NCBI GenBank assembly: GCA_963842945.1
Contig: CAWJIM010000001.1
Coordinates: 32,001-96,000 of the forward strand
Reading direction: 5' to 3'
From: an uncultured Gemmatimonadales bacterium
Lineage (GTDB): Bacteria > Gemmatimonadota > Gemmatimonadetes > Gemmatimonadales > GWC2-71-9
DNA length: 64,000 nt
Part shown: piece after piece, positions 21,553-34,324 of the stretch
How the letters are laid out: each line of letters begins with the position of its first letter
Position numbering within the stretch: the first letter of the stretch is position 1
Program-made: the position numbers and the translations under genes
The notes under the pieces: generated by a model
Told to the model about the DNA's origin: nothing
Databases searched by the model: none
The model's input: the letters and a program-made list of their open reading frames with translations, nothing else

Positions 21553-22289
21553 GGCTGCCCGGCGTCGTCCTCCTGGCCAATGAGGGCCAGAAAGACATCC
21601 TCCAGCTTGCGCGAGCGTAGGTCCGGGCGCTGCGCCAAAATTTCTGGGATGCTACCGAAAGCGACCGCCTGGCCTCGTTGCATCACGAGAACTCTGGTGC
21701 AGATCTCCTCGATCAGGTGCAACAGGTGCGAGCTCAAAATCACCGCCGTGCCCGCCGCTGCCCGGCGCATGATCGTGCTCTTCATCCGTCGAATGCCAAC
21801 CGGATCCAGCCCGGTGAGAGGCTCATCCAGCAGCAGCGCCTTGGGATCGTGTAGCAGCCCGCACGCAATGGCGAGCTTCTGCTTCATGCCGCGCGACAAT
21901 TCGCCCGGAAGGGCATGCTGCTTATCGGAGAGATCCAGCTCCGCCAGCAGGCCGGGGATTCGAGCGCTCACATCGCCCAGGCGATAGAGCCGGGCTATAA
22001 AGCGAAGATGCTCTTCCACAGTGAGATACTCGAACAGGTGGGGTTCATCCGGAATGAAAGCGAGCGCCCCCTTGGCCTCGACCGGAGCTGTTTTCAGATC
22101 GTGGCCAGCAACTTCAATCCGGCCACTGGTGGGAATGATGATTCCAGCGATGCTGCGGATGGTGGTCGTCTTACCTGCGCCGTTAGGACCAACGAGGCCC
22201 AGCACTTCGCCGGCAGCCACCGAAAAGCTGAGCCCCTGGACAGCGGGGAAGTCACCGTAAAGTTTGTGCAAGCCATCCACTTGGATCAC
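21549..22289 (-). CDS. ABC transporter ATP-binding protein
   Basis: [26 protein letters not shown]. Confidence 0.95.
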   Translation of the reverse strand: MIQVDGLHKLYGDFPAVQGLSFSVAAGEVLGLVGPNGAGKTTTIRSIAGIIIPTSGRIEVAGHDLKTAPVEAKGALAFIPDEPHLFEYLTVEEHLRFIARLYRLGDVSARIPGLLAELDLSDKQHALPGELSRGMKQKLAIACGLLHDPKALLLDEPLTGLDPVGIRRMKSTIMRRAAAGTAVILSSHLLHLIEEICTRVLVMQRGQAVAFGSIPEILAQRPDLRSRKLEDVFLALIGQEDDAGQP

Positions 22290-22384
22290 GGGTGCCCCGC
22301 GCAGGTACCGGGTGAAACTTTCATGATCTGCGGCACGTCACATTACGAAACATATCACCCCAAGCGTAGGGGCAGGCGGAATTT

Positions 22385-23127
22385 ATGCGAAACTATTGGC
22401 TGCGAATTGCCCTCGGTGCACTGGCCATCTTCATCGTAGGCATGATCGGCGTTTCTCTGGCCAGGCAGGGCGTCGGCAGGGTTCGTCACGTTGTCGAGGG
22501 CAGCGGCCCCATCACGCTTCCGCTGGCGTTCATCCCCTTCCACTTGAATGGTCAGAAGCTCGGTAACTGTGAGCAGGGTGGTGTTGCTGCGTAACGCGCC
22601 AAAGCAAATCTCGGCGGTGGAGCTGGAGGCCAAAGTGCGAGATTCTGCGGTGGCGCGCGGACTGGAAGGTTGCCGGCTGACCGCCAACCTCGATGAGGAT
22701 CATAAGCCGGGCAACGTTCGCATCCGGGCCGGTGACAAGTCGAGCGGGGTGTTCACCTGCCTCCACCCCGGCGACTCCGCACCCGGATTCCAGGAGTTCG
22801 GCCGAGCGATCTTTCAGCCGGGCAACGTGACGGTGCCGCTCCTGCTGCCGGACGATATGGTAAATGATCTCCGAGAGGGTCACTTTGACGATTCGAATGA
22901 CATGCGAAGACTCCATCGGTGCGGCGGCCGAGGCCCAGGCGGAGTCCATCGGCGACGCTGCGGAAGCGCGGGCCGACTCGATCGCTGAGGCGGCCTCGAG
23001 CCGGGCGGATTCCATCGTGGCGCACAGTCAGCGTCTGGTAGACTCGCTCCGGGAAGAAGGGGAGCGCCGGGCCGACTCAGCTCGTCGGGCGGGCCGAGTG
23101 CCGGGCACCCGCAACCCCAACCGGTAA
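22385..23127 (+). CDS. hypothetical membrane-anchored protein with 11-residue C-terminal repeats (two frameshifts)
   Basis: N-terminal TM helix (22385-22594) joins the 22548-22988 and 22864-23127 frames. Confidence 0.6.
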
Positions 23128-23137
23128 ACCACCGTTC

Positions 23138-23752
23138 ATGCTTCTGGTCCTGGATAACTACGACAGTTTCACCTACAACCTGGTGCAGTACGCCGGCGAG
23201 CTTGGCGCTGACCCCGTGGTGTACCGGAATGATGCCATCTCGGTGGAGGACGCCCTCGCGTTGCGGCCACTGGCAATCCTCATTTCTCCGGGGCCGTGCA
23301 CTCCGAGTGACGCTGGCATCTCGGTAGACTTGATTCGCGCCGCTGCCGGGCAAGTGCCGATTCTCGGGGTGTGTCTGGGCCATCAGGCAATCGGTGAAGC
23401 CTTCGGCGGGAAGGTCGTTCGTGCCGAGCGGCTCATGCACGGCAAGACCACGTCCGTGGTGCACTCAGGTCACCCACTTTTCCGGGATATCCTCTCACCG
23501 CTCGAGGTAATGCGCTATCACTCACTGGTGGTCTCCGCCGACGGGCTGCCCCCGGTCCTGGAGGTTACGGCCTGGTCTGAGGACCGGCCGGCCGGGAGCG
23601 AGATTATGGCTCTGTGCCACCGTTCGCTTCCGGTTTACGGAGTGCAGTTCCACCCCGAATCGGTAGGAACCAGGGCCGGAAAGCGTCTCCTCTGGAACTT
23701 CCTCTCACTGGCCGGCCTGCCGCTCCTCTCGACTCCCGCTGCTGCCGTCTAA
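23138..23752 (+). CDS. anthranilate/aminodeoxychorismate synthase component II (TrpG/PabA)
   Basis: [35 protein letters not shown]. Confidence 0.95.
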   Translation: MLLVLDNYDSFTYNLVQYAGELGADPVVYRNDAISVEDALALRPLAILISPGPCTPSDAGISVDLIRAAAGQVPILGVCLGHQAIGEAFGGKVVRAERLMHGKTTSVVHSGHPLFRDILSPLEVMRYHSLVVSADGLPPVLEVTAWSEDRPAGSEIMALCHRSLPVYGVQFHPESVGTRAGKRLLWNFLSLAGLPLLSTPAAAV

Positions 23753-23813
23753 CTTGCGTAAATACAAATAACTAGGCTTTGTCAATCCTCTGTTGAGTAG
23801 TACGGCACAACTT

Positions 23814-23842
23814 TTGACTCAGCCATGGTGGCCTGTTAGTTT
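23814..23842 (+). promoter_or_regulatory. putative sigma70 promoter of the kds-lpt-rpoN operon
   Basis: TTGACT-17 nt-TAGTTT in an AT-rich gap, a few nt before the kdsB start. Confidence 0.6.
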
Positions 23843-23844
23843 CC

Positions 23845-26262
<2,418 letters not shown>

Positions 26263-27063
26263 GTGCCGTGGTCGTTCGGCCGGACACCTTTCCTCATCGC
26301 TGGGCCGTGTGTCATTGAGCCGGGGGATGTGCTCCTGCGAGTAGCGGAGGTGCTCGCCGGTCTGGAGCGCGACCTCGGCATCCCCGTTTGCCTGAAGGCC
26401 AGTTTCGACAAGGCGAACCGATCCCGTTTGGGTGCCAGTCGCGGGCCCGGCCTGCAGGAAGGACTTCGGTCGCTCGAGCGTGCCCGGACCGAGAGTGGTC
26501 TCCCAGTTCTCACCGACATTCACGAGCCTCAGCAGGCGCTTCCGGTGGCCCAGGTCGTCGATGCATTGCAGATCCCGGCCTTTCTCTGTCGTCAGACCGA
26601 CCTGCTGATTGCCGCGGGCCGCAGCGGGAAACCGGTCAATGTGAAGAAAGGGCAGTGGCTGGATCCCGAGGCCATGCGGGGAGCCGTGGAGAAGGTGCGC
26701 AGCGCAGGAGCTCCGGAAGTGGCTGTGACGGAGCGCGGCACCTTCTTCGGGTACGGCGACCTGGTGGTGGACATGCGGAACTTCAGCCGCCTCCGCTCCG
26801 CGACTGGAGCGCCGGTCATCTTCGATGCAACCCACTCGGTGCAGCAGCCGGGCCAGGGGGACGCAGGCTCCAGTGGAGGCCAGCGCGAATTCATACCGAC
26901 CCTCCTGGCGGCCGCCGCGGCCGCCGGTGCCGACGGCTTTTTTCTCGAGACCCATCCCGATCCTGCCGCGGCCCTCAGCGACTCCGCCACCCAATGGCCG
27001 CTCGAGCGTTTGGCCGAACTGGTCGGCCAGACGCTCGAGATATGGGGCAGAGCCCGAGTATGA
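26263..27063 (+). CDS. kdsA: Kdo-8-phosphate synthase
   Basis: IAGPCVIE, KASFDKANRS, QIPAFLCRQTDL, DATHSVQ. Confidence 0.96.
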   Translation: MPWSFGRTPFLIAGPCVIEPGDVLLRVAEVLAGLERDLGIPVCLKASFDKANRSRLGASRGPGLQEGLRSLERARTESGLPVLTDIHEPQQALPVAQVVDALQIPAFLCRQTDLLIAAGRSGKPVNVKKGQWLDPEAMRGAVEKVRSAGAPEVAVTERGTFFGYGDLVVDMRNFSRLRSATGAPVIFDATHSVQQPGQGDAGSSGGQREFIPTLLAAAAAAGADGFFLETHPDPAAALSDSATQWPLERLAELVGQTLEIWGRARV

Positions 27064-27620
27064 GCGCGCTAACCGCTGCAGCAGCCCGGAAGGTTCGTCT
27101 CCTTGGCCTGGATGTCGATGGAGTGCTCACCGACAACGGGGTATACATCGGTCCCGTGGCCGGGGATCGGGTCGAGCTGAAGCGTTTCGATATTCAGGAC
27201 GGACTGGGCCTCATCCTGCTCAAGACCGCGGGAATGCCGGTGGTCTGGGTCAGCGGGCGCGCTTCGGATGCTACCGCCCTTCGTGCGGCGGAGTTGCGAG
27301 TCGAGGAGCTGCTGCAGGTTCCTGGACCGCGGAAGGCCGAGGCATTCGAGCAGGTCCTTCAGCGGCTCGGCGTTGGGTGGCACGAAGTTGCCTTTGTGGG
27401 TGACGATCTGGCCGACCTGCCGATACTCCGACGAGTAGGACTCCCGATCGCGGTCGCCAACGCCGTTGCCGAGGTCAAAGAGATCTCGACTTATACCACC
27501 AGCGCCCGGGGCGGGCACGGCGCCGTCCGCGAGGTGGTTGAGGCATTGCTTCGCGCCCGCGGCGAATGGCCGGCCATTCTCGAACGCTACTTCACGGAGC
27601 AGGCCGCCGGTGCCGCTTAA
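27060..27620 (+). CDS. kdsC: Kdo-8-phosphate phosphatase (HAD)
   Basis: LDVDGVLTD, VGDDLAD, GGHGAVRE. Confidence 0.93.
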   Translation: MSALTAAAARKVRLLGLDVDGVLTDNGVYIGPVAGDRVELKRFDIQDGLGLILLKTAGMPVVWVSGRASDATALRAAELRVEELLQVPGPRKAEAFEQVLQRLGVGWHEVAFVGDDLADLPILRRVGLPIAVANAVAEVKEISTYTTSARGGHGAVREVVEALLRARGEWPAILERYFTEQAAGAA

Positions 27621-28587
27621 GGAATCGGACCTGATCCAGGTTGGACGTCGAGTCCTCGAGCTGGAGGCGTCCGAGATCTCTGCCGCGGCAGGCCGGCTGG
27701 ATTCGGCATTCGCCAGAGCCGTGCGGATCCTGGCCGGCGCCAAAGGCAGGGTCATCGTCTCCGGCGTGGGGAAATCCGGCCTCATCGCCAGGAAGATTGC
27801 CGCAACGTTGACGTCGACCGGGACTCCGGCCTCGTATCTCCATCCGGTGGATTCGCTCCACGGTGATCTAGGAATTGTTGGGAAAGACGATGTGGCCATC
27901 GTTCTCAGCAACAGCGGCGAATCGGAGGATTTGTTCTCCCTGGTGGGCTCGCTCCAACGGCTGAGCGTCCCGATCATTGCCATTACCGGAGCCGTGGACT
28001 CTGCATTAGCGCGGCTGGCTTCGGTCGTTCTGGATGGCCGGGTCCGGGAGGAGGCCGGTCCCGACAGCGTAGCGCCCACCACGAGCACCAGCGTGGCATT
28101 GGCGTTGGGCGATGCGCTCGCCATAGCGCTGCTGGAGGAGAGGGGATTTCGTGGAGAGGAGTTCGCCAAGGCCTTCGCCCAGAGACATCCGAAAGGCAGC
28201 CTGGGTCTGCGACTCCTGCTCCGCGTACGGGATGTGATGCTGCCCCCCGGGCGCCTGCTGCGTTCTGAGGCCCCGATGAAAGAGGCTGTGGTGAGCCTGG
28301 CTCACGACCGCGGACTCGCGATGGTAGCCGATAGCGGCCATCTGTCCGGCGTCCTGACCACCGGCGATCTGACCCGGCTGGCCGAGCGCGATCCCAACTT
28401 CTTGGAGCGTCCCGTGGCAGCGGTCATGAATCGATCTCCGAAGACCGCGGCTCCTGACGATCTGGCAGCCGCAGCGGTGGGCGTGATGCAGACGCACGGC
28501 GTCATCGTGCTCCCGGTGGTGGAGAATGGCGGGGCGATTGTGGGCGTTGTTCACCTGCACGATCTGATGCGAGCGGGGGCGGTGTGA
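27610..28587 (+). CDS. kdsD: arabinose-5-phosphate isomerase (SIS + CBS)
   Basis: GVGKSG, HGDLG, SNSGES, APTTST, C-terminal CBS pair. Confidence 0.93.
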   Translation: MPLKESDLIQVGRRVLELEASEISAAAGRLDSAFARAVRILAGAKGRVIVSGVGKSGLIARKIAATLTSTGTPASYLHPVDSLHGDLGIVGKDDVAIVLSNSGESEDLFSLVGSLQRLSVPIIAITGAVDSALARLASVVLDGRVREEAGPDSVAPTTSTSVALALGDALAIALLEERGFRGEEFAKAFAQRHPKGSLGLRLLLRVRDVMLPPGRLLRSEAPMKEAVVSLAHDRGLAMVADSGHLSGVLTTGDLTRLAERDPNFLERPVAAVMNRSPKTAAPDDLAAAAVGVMQTHGVIVLPVVENGGAIVGVVHLHDLMRAGAV

Positions 28588-29213
28588 TGGACAGGGCGGA
28601 AAAGACGGGAAGGACGGGAAGGACGGGAACGTCCAGACTCTTTGGCGCCGCATGAGCGCTTCGGGGAAGGCTGTTCCTTTCCGTCATTCCCGTCCTTCCC
28701 CTCGTCCCCGTCCTTTCATGCGAGGACCCCGGGGTCAAACCCACGACCACCGTGCAGGCCGCGGACAGCGCCGACCAGGTGCTCGAGGGATTTTCTCATT
28801 ACGTCACCAACGAGGGGATCCTGCGGAGCCGGGTCGAGGCCGACACCGCCTTTTTCTACGAGCCGACGCAGATCACCGAGCTACACAAGGTGAAGGTCGT
28901 CTTCTTCGATGTGAAAGGGGCGGAGAGCTCGACCCTCACCGCTCAGCGGGGGACCTACCGCTGGCAGGACGGCTCGATGGAGGCCAAGGGCAACGTGGTG
29001 GTCGTCTCCCCAGATGGGCGCCGATTGGCCACCAGCGCTCTGCGCTACGAGAACGCAACCAATCTGATCATGACGGACCAGCACTTCACCTTCGATCGGG
29101 GAGACGAGCACCTGGAAGGAAACAGCTTCCGCTCGGACCCTGACTTCAAGAATGTCGTCACCGATCGCCCGCGCGGCGTTACCGGCAACGGCATGCTGCT
29201 GCCGGGGCAATGA
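28587..29213 (+). CDS. lptC: LPS export protein LptC (start uncertain; in-frame TGA at 28653)
   Basis: Beta-jellyroll-like sequence (VEADTA, LTAQRG, GNVVVVS, LEGNSFRSDPDF) between kdsD and lptA/B; hydrophobic segment ending LSC just upstream of the 28752 ORF. Confidence 0.8.
28595..28712. repeat. inverted repeat with arms made of 4x 9-nt tandem units (GACGGGAAG / CTTCCCGTC)
   Basis: Left arm 28595-28630, right arm 28677-28712. Confidence 0.9.
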
Positions 29214-29214
29214 G

Positions 29215-29306
29215 ACGGGGCAGCGGGGTAGCGGGGCAGGGAGGCAGCTTCCAACGGCAGTGAGGGTTGTTGCTGCGGTCGCCCCGCCTGCCCCGCCGCC
29301 CCCCGC
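29215..29306. repeat. inverted repeat with arms made of 8-nt tandem units (GCGGGGCA / TGCCCCGC)
   Basis: ACGGGGCA-GCGGGGTA-GCGGGGCA-GGGAGGCA ... CGCCCCGC-C-TGCCCCGC-CGCCCCCC. Confidence 0.8.
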
Positions 29307-30624
29307 TTGGCTGGCCTGCTGACCTTCTTTGCGGTCGCCACCGCGAACGGCCAAGCCGGCCACTGCGTCTTCCAGATCACCAACGTGGACCGGCAGGGCG
29401 CCGTGGTCGAGACGCCGCAGGGCACCAACTACTTTGCGGGCGGCAACGTTCAGCTCCGCTGTAAGGGCTCACAGGTCACCATGCAAAGCGACAGCGTGGC
29501 AGCCTACGGCGGCACTGTGGTGCGTTTCATCGGGAACGTGAAGTACCGCGACTCCACCCTCACCATGGACGCGGACAAGGGCACCTACTACAAGAACGGC
29601 GAGAAGTGGGAGGCCCGGGGTAAGGTCTTCACCCAGAACCTTCGGAACGGCTCCAAGCTCACCGGGCCGGCGCTGGACTACTATCGGGTGGTGAAAGGGG
29701 TGAGGGACACGCTGGCGATGTATGCCACCGGCCGGCCTCGCATCGAATACGCCGATGCCGAGCCGACTGCGCAAACCTGCGGAGCCCTACATGATCGTGG
29801 CCGACCGGGTCCGGTTCAAGGGCAACGATCGGCTCTGGGCGGGGGGCAAGGTCACCATCGATCGGAGTGATTTTTCCGCCCGGGGCGACTCGCTACGGCT
29901 GGACACGGGGAAGGGCAGCGACGGCACCCTGGTGGGTGGAGCCCCCATCATGCGGGGTTTGGGCCGGGACAGCTTCAGCCTGACCGGGAAGCGGCTCGAC
30001 CTCAAGCTGCAGGGGCGGGAGATCAACTATGTGATCGCCAAGGGCAATGGTCATGCCGTGAGCAAGGAGTGGGACCTGGTTGCCGATACTATTGGTCTCG
30101 ACATCAAGAATCGCAGGCTGGAACGAACTCTGGCCTGGGGAGACTCGATTCGGCCCAACGCCAACTCGCCCGCGTATGCCATGCGGGCGGACTCACTGGC
30201 CCTGGACACGCCGGGCCAGCAGTTGAAGGAAGTCCGGGGATTCGGCAAAGCCTGGCTCGGCGGCACCATCGATGCCCGAACCAAACAGCGAGACTGGATG
30301 CGGGGCGACACCGTGGTCGCTCAGTTCGTCCAGAAGGATTCGGCCGGAACCCAGCACGCGGCCTTGAGTCGGATCGTGGCCCGAAAACGCGCCCAGTCGT
30401 TTCATCTCGATCCCAGTCCGCGGTACCCCGATCGGCCATCGATCAATTACGCCCGGGGCGACGTGATCGTCATGACCATGAAGCGGGGAGCTCAGGGCGG
30501 AGTGGACCGGGTGGACGTCCAGGGGCTCCAGGACGGAATTCAGCTCGAGGCAAGTGACGCTCCACCGGCTGATTCCCTTCGGACCCGCAGCGACTCGCTG
30601 TCGCGGCGCCAGGGGGGCCGATGA
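29307..30624 (+). CDS. LptA/OstA-like beta-jellyroll protein (frameshift near 29770; start uncertain)
   Basis: Signal-like N-terminus, repeated xADS/GNV beta motifs, position between lptC and lptB. Confidence 0.75.
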
Positions 30625-31781
30625 CCGCACCGGAGTGGGTATCCGCCCTGGGCGACCGTGATCCGTCGGTCCCGATCGGATTGGCGGCCATCGTACGCGC
30701 GGCCGGACCGACAGACAGTATCGCCTTCTCGGATCTGGTGCATAGCTATCGCGAGGCCTACCTCGCCTGTTACCAGCAGATCGGAGAGGCGGACCAGGAA
30801 GTCTCCGGCGACGACGTCCGGCACCACCTCACTTCCTCCGTGCTGCCGCGCCTGGCCACCGAGGGATGGATCCTGGACACGGCCGCGGGCTATTGGCAGA
30901 CGGTGCGGCCCCGAGTGGCCTGGTGGGGGCCCACGCAGCAAGAACGGCAAACGGTCTATGACGCGCTCCTGAGCTCCGCCCGCCGGGCGGTGCAACGGGC
31001 CAAGACCTACACCCGAAAGCGCACCTCCGCCAGCGTTCTCGAGGGCCTTGATCTGCGCAAGAGCTTCAAGGGCCGGCCAGTGGTCGACCGGGTCAGCGTG
31101 AGAGTTGAGCAGGGCGAGATCGTTGGTCTGCTGGGGCCCAATGGGGCGGGAAAGACCACGACCTTCTACCTTATTACTGGTTTGATCCTGCCCGACGAAG
31201 GACGGGTACTGCTGGACGGCGTGGAATTGACCAGCGCGCCGATGTATCAGCGGGCACGAAGCGGCATCGGGTATCTGGCCCAGGAACCCTCGGTGTTCCG
31301 AAGGATGACCGTCGAGGAGAACATCCTGGCCATTTTGGAGACCCGACCGATGGCTCGGGAGGAGCGTCACCGGCAGCTCGATCGCATGCTTGACGAGTTG
31401 TCCATCAAGCATCTGAGAAAGAGCCGGGCCTACTCACTGAGTGGAGGCGAGCGGCGCCGACTGGAGATCACCCGGGCCTTGGTCTCCGATCCCAAGTTCA
31501 TGCTGCTGGACGAGCCGTTCGCCGGAGTAGACCCGATCGCGGTTCACGACATCCAAACGATCGTCGCAGGACTGCGGCACCGCGGGATCGGCGTGCTGAT
31601 TACCGATCATAACGTTGAACAGACCCTCGACATTGTAGACCGGGCATACATCATGTTCGAAGGCAAAGTGCAGGCCTCGGGAACCGTTCGTGAGCTGGTC
31701 TATGACGACCGTGTCGCGCAGTTGTATCTCGGACCCACCCTCACGGCCAGGCTTCGGGCCCGACTCGAGGCAGTCGCATGA
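30621..31781 (+). CDS. lptB: LPS export ABC ATPase LptB with ~135-aa N-terminal extension
   Basis: [49 protein letters not shown]. Confidence 0.93.
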   Translation: MTAPEWVSALGDRDPSVPIGLAAIVRAAGPTDSIAFSDLVHSYREAYLACYQQIGEADQEVSGDDVRHHLTSSVLPRLATEGWILDTAAGYWQTVRPRVAWWGPTQQERQTVYDALLSSARRAVQRAKTYTRKRTSASVLEGLDLRKSFKGRPVVDRVSVRVEQGEIVGLLGPNGAGKTTTFYLITGLILPDEGRVLLDGVELTSAPMYQRARSGIGYLAQEPSVFRRMTVEENILAILETRPMAREERHRQLDRMLDELSIKHLRKSRAYSLSGGERRRLEITRALVSDPKFMLLDEPFAGVDPIAVHDIQTIVAGLRHRGIGVLITDHNVEQTLDIVDRAYIMFEGKVQASGTVRELVYDDRVAQLYLGPTLTARLRARLEAVA

Positions 31782-33367
31782 GAACCGGGCTTTCCCAGCA
31801 CACCAGCCTTCGCCAGGAGCTCCGGGTCAATCCACGGCTCTACCAGGCCATGGATATGCTGTACATGCCCATGATGGATCTGCAGCAGCACCTCAAGCAG
31901 GAGCTGCTGGCTAACCCCTTCCTGGAGCTGCTCGAGCCGGAGGACGAGACCACCGAGCAGCCCGCCGCCGAGGAGCAAAAGGAGCAGAAGGAGAAGGAGG
32001 AAGAAGTCGATTGGGAGGAAATTCTCCTCAACGGCTTCGAGGTGGGCGGCACCCGGGAGCAGTACGAGCAGCTGGAGTACACCGAGCCCGTCACGGTGGA
32101 GACCCGGAACCTGATCGACCACCTCCGGGAACAGCTCCAGATGCTGATCTTGACCCCCCGGCAACTGCTTCTGGCCGAAGAGTTCCTGGGCAATATCAAC
32201 GAGGAAGGCTACCTCGCGGCCTCCCTGGATGAGATCCTCGGCTCGGTGAACCAGCTGATGGCCGGGCACCTGACCGGAGGCGGAGAGAACGAAGAAGACG
32301 GAAATGAGGCAGAGGAAAGCCTCGACGATTTCGGCGCGTCGTCTGAAGCCACGCTGTCGGCCACCGGACCCACTCAAAGCACGCCGTCACCCACTTCAAC
32401 CCTCAGCTCGCCGCCGGCACCGTCTTCTCCGGCTTCTCCGCCCTTCTACAGCACGCAGGAGGCCGAGGACATGCTGGCCATCATCCAGCGGCTCGACCCG
32501 TCTGGAACCGGCGCCCGTGACCTCCGTGAATGCCTCCTCATCCAGCTGGTAGAACTGGGCGACACGAGCTCACTGACGTACCGGCTGGTGAACGAAGCCT
32601 TCCCCGATCTGATTGCTCACCGGTGGAATGACTTGGCCAAGCGGTTCGGGGTCGAGCCGGCTGCGGTTCAGGCCGCGGCAGACCAGCTCTCCCGGCTCGA
32701 CCCCAAGCCCGGCCTCAAGTACGCCGAGCAGAGCGACGGGTACATCATTCCCGATCTGATCGTCGAGAAAATCGGGGGGCGGTATCAGGTGTTCCTGAAC
32801 GATACCGGAATGCCCCGGCTTCGACTGAGCCGCTCCTATCAGGAGATCGCCCGCGACAAAAAGAAGATGACGCCGGAAAACCGGGAGTTCATCGCCTCGA
32901 AGATGAACAGCGCAAACTGGATGATTCAGGCCATCGAGCAGCGGCGACAGACCATGCTCAAGGTGATGAACTTCATCGTCGACCGGCAGCGCGACTTCTT
33001 CGAAAAGGGGATCGAATATCTCAAGCCGCTCACGCTCCGCGAGGTGGCTGAGGTCATCAACATGCATGAATCCACCGTCAGCCGGGTCACCAACGAGAAG
33101 TACGTCCAGACTCCTCGTGGCGTGCTGCCGCTCAAGTTCTTCTTCTCCAGTGCGCTCTCGACCGCCTCCGGGGAGGATGCCAGTGCGCGCTCGATTCGCG
33201 CCAAGCTGGAAAAGATGGTGGGCGAAGAGAACAGCGCAAAGCCTCTTACCGATCAGCAAATCGTCCATCTCTTCCAGGAGCAGGGAATCCAGATTGCCCG
33301 ACGCACGGTCGCCAAGTACCGCGACCAGCTGGGGATCCTTCCGGCCCGAATGCGGAAACGGGTATGA
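31778..33367 (+). CDS. rpoN: RNA polymerase sigma-54 factor
   Basis: [26 protein letters not shown], RpoN box ARRTVAKYR. Confidence 0.97.
   Translation: MRTGLSQHTSLRQELRVNPRLYQAMDMLYMPMMDLQQHLKQELLANPFLELLEPEDETTEQPAAEEQKEQKEKEEEVDWEEILLNGFEVGGTREQYEQLEYTEPVTVETRNLIDHLREQLQMLILTPRQLLLAEEFLGNINEEGYLAASLDEILGSVNQLMAGHLTGGGENEEDGNEAEESLDDFGASSEATLSATGPTQSTPSPTSTLSSPPAPSSPASPPFYSTQEAEDMLAIIQRLDPSGTGARDLRECLLIQLVELGDTSSLTYRLVNEAFPDLIAHRWNDLAKRFGVEPAAVQAAADQLSRLDPKPGLKYAEQSDGYIIPDLIVEKIGGRYQVFLNDTGMPRLRLSRSYQEIARDKKKMTPENREFIASKMNSANWMIQAIEQRRQTMLKVMNFIVDRQRDFFEKGIEYLKPLTLREVAEVINMHESTVSRVTNEKYVQTPRGVLPLKFFFSSALSTASGEDASARSIRAKLEKMVGEENSAKPLTDQQIVHLFQEQGIQIARRTVAKYRDQLGILPARMRKRV
32279..32442. repeat. 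degenerate in-frame palindromic element inside rpoN
   Basis: GGCGGAGAGAACGAAGAAGACGG (32279-32301) matches the reverse complement of 32420-32442 at 19/23. Confidence 0.7.
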
Positions 33368-34321
33368 CCGTTGCCTCGGTCGAGACGCTGGATGTCAGCG
33401 TGCTCGTCCCGGCGAAGGACGAGGCCGACAATCTTCCGGAGTTCATCCAGCGCTGTGCCCAGGCCCTGGGGTCGGCCGGATTCTCCTTCGAAGTCATCGT
33501 GGTCAATGACGGCTCGCGCGATGGGACCGACCGCGTATTGCGCGAGCTGCAGCGGCAGTACCCCTTCCTGGAAATCGTTACTCACCGGCGGCAGCGGGGC
33601 ATCGCCGATGCTCTCCGTTCGGCCGGCGATGTCGCCCGCGGCGACATCTTCGTCTTCTATCCCGCCGATCTGCAGTATCTCCCCGAGGACATTCCCGGCC
33701 TGGTTGCCCCGATTCTGGAGAACCGGGCCGACATCGTCACCGGCACCAAGCAGGGGAAGTACGAGAAGGCGTTCGTCTCCCGGGTCTACAACGGGCTCTG
33801 CCGCTGGCTCTTCGGCGTGCGGGTCACCGATCTGAATTCGGTCAAGGCGTACCGGCGAGAGGTGATGCTGGGTGTGCCGCTGCGCCCCGACTGGCACCGG
33901 TATATGGTGGTGATCGCCGCCGCCGACGGATACCGTCTTACCTCCCTTCCGGTTCCGCTGTATCCCCGCCGGGCGGGAACCTCGAAGTTCAATTGGCGGC
34001 GGATTCCGGTGGGCATGTTCGATCTGGTCTCCGTCTGGTTCCAGCTTCGCTTCGGCCGAAAGCCGATGATGTTCTTCGGCGTGGGCGGCGCCCTGCTGTT
34101 CGTCATCGGTTTTCTCGCCGGCGATTGCCGCGCTGGTGCTCCGGTTCGGGTACGGCATCGGACTGCGGCCACTGCTCAACCTGGTGGAGACCATGGTGAT
34201 CAGCGGGATCGTACTCTTCGGTTTTGGCTTCCTCGGTGAGATGATCGCAGGTATGCGAGAGGAGACTCGGGACATCGCCCGGGAGCTCGCGCGGATAGAA
34301 AAACACGACCCCCGGGATTGA
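33364..34321 (+). CDS. GT2 glycosyltransferase, ArnC/DPM-like with C-terminal TM helices (frameshift near 34120)
   Basis: VLVPAKDEA, VNDGSRDGT, ADLQYLPEDIP, two C-terminal TM helices. Confidence 0.88.
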
Positions 34322-34324
34322 ACG

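Noticed and set aside
23803..23817. sigma54 promoter CGGCAC-N5-TTGA before kdsB
   Set aside because: It lacks the conserved -12 GC, and an overlapping sigma70-like promoter fits better.
28595..28712. CRISPR array or MITE reading of the short repeats
   Set aside because: Units are 7-9 nt with no unique spacers, no cas genes are present, and no shared terminal sequence or target-site duplication was seen.
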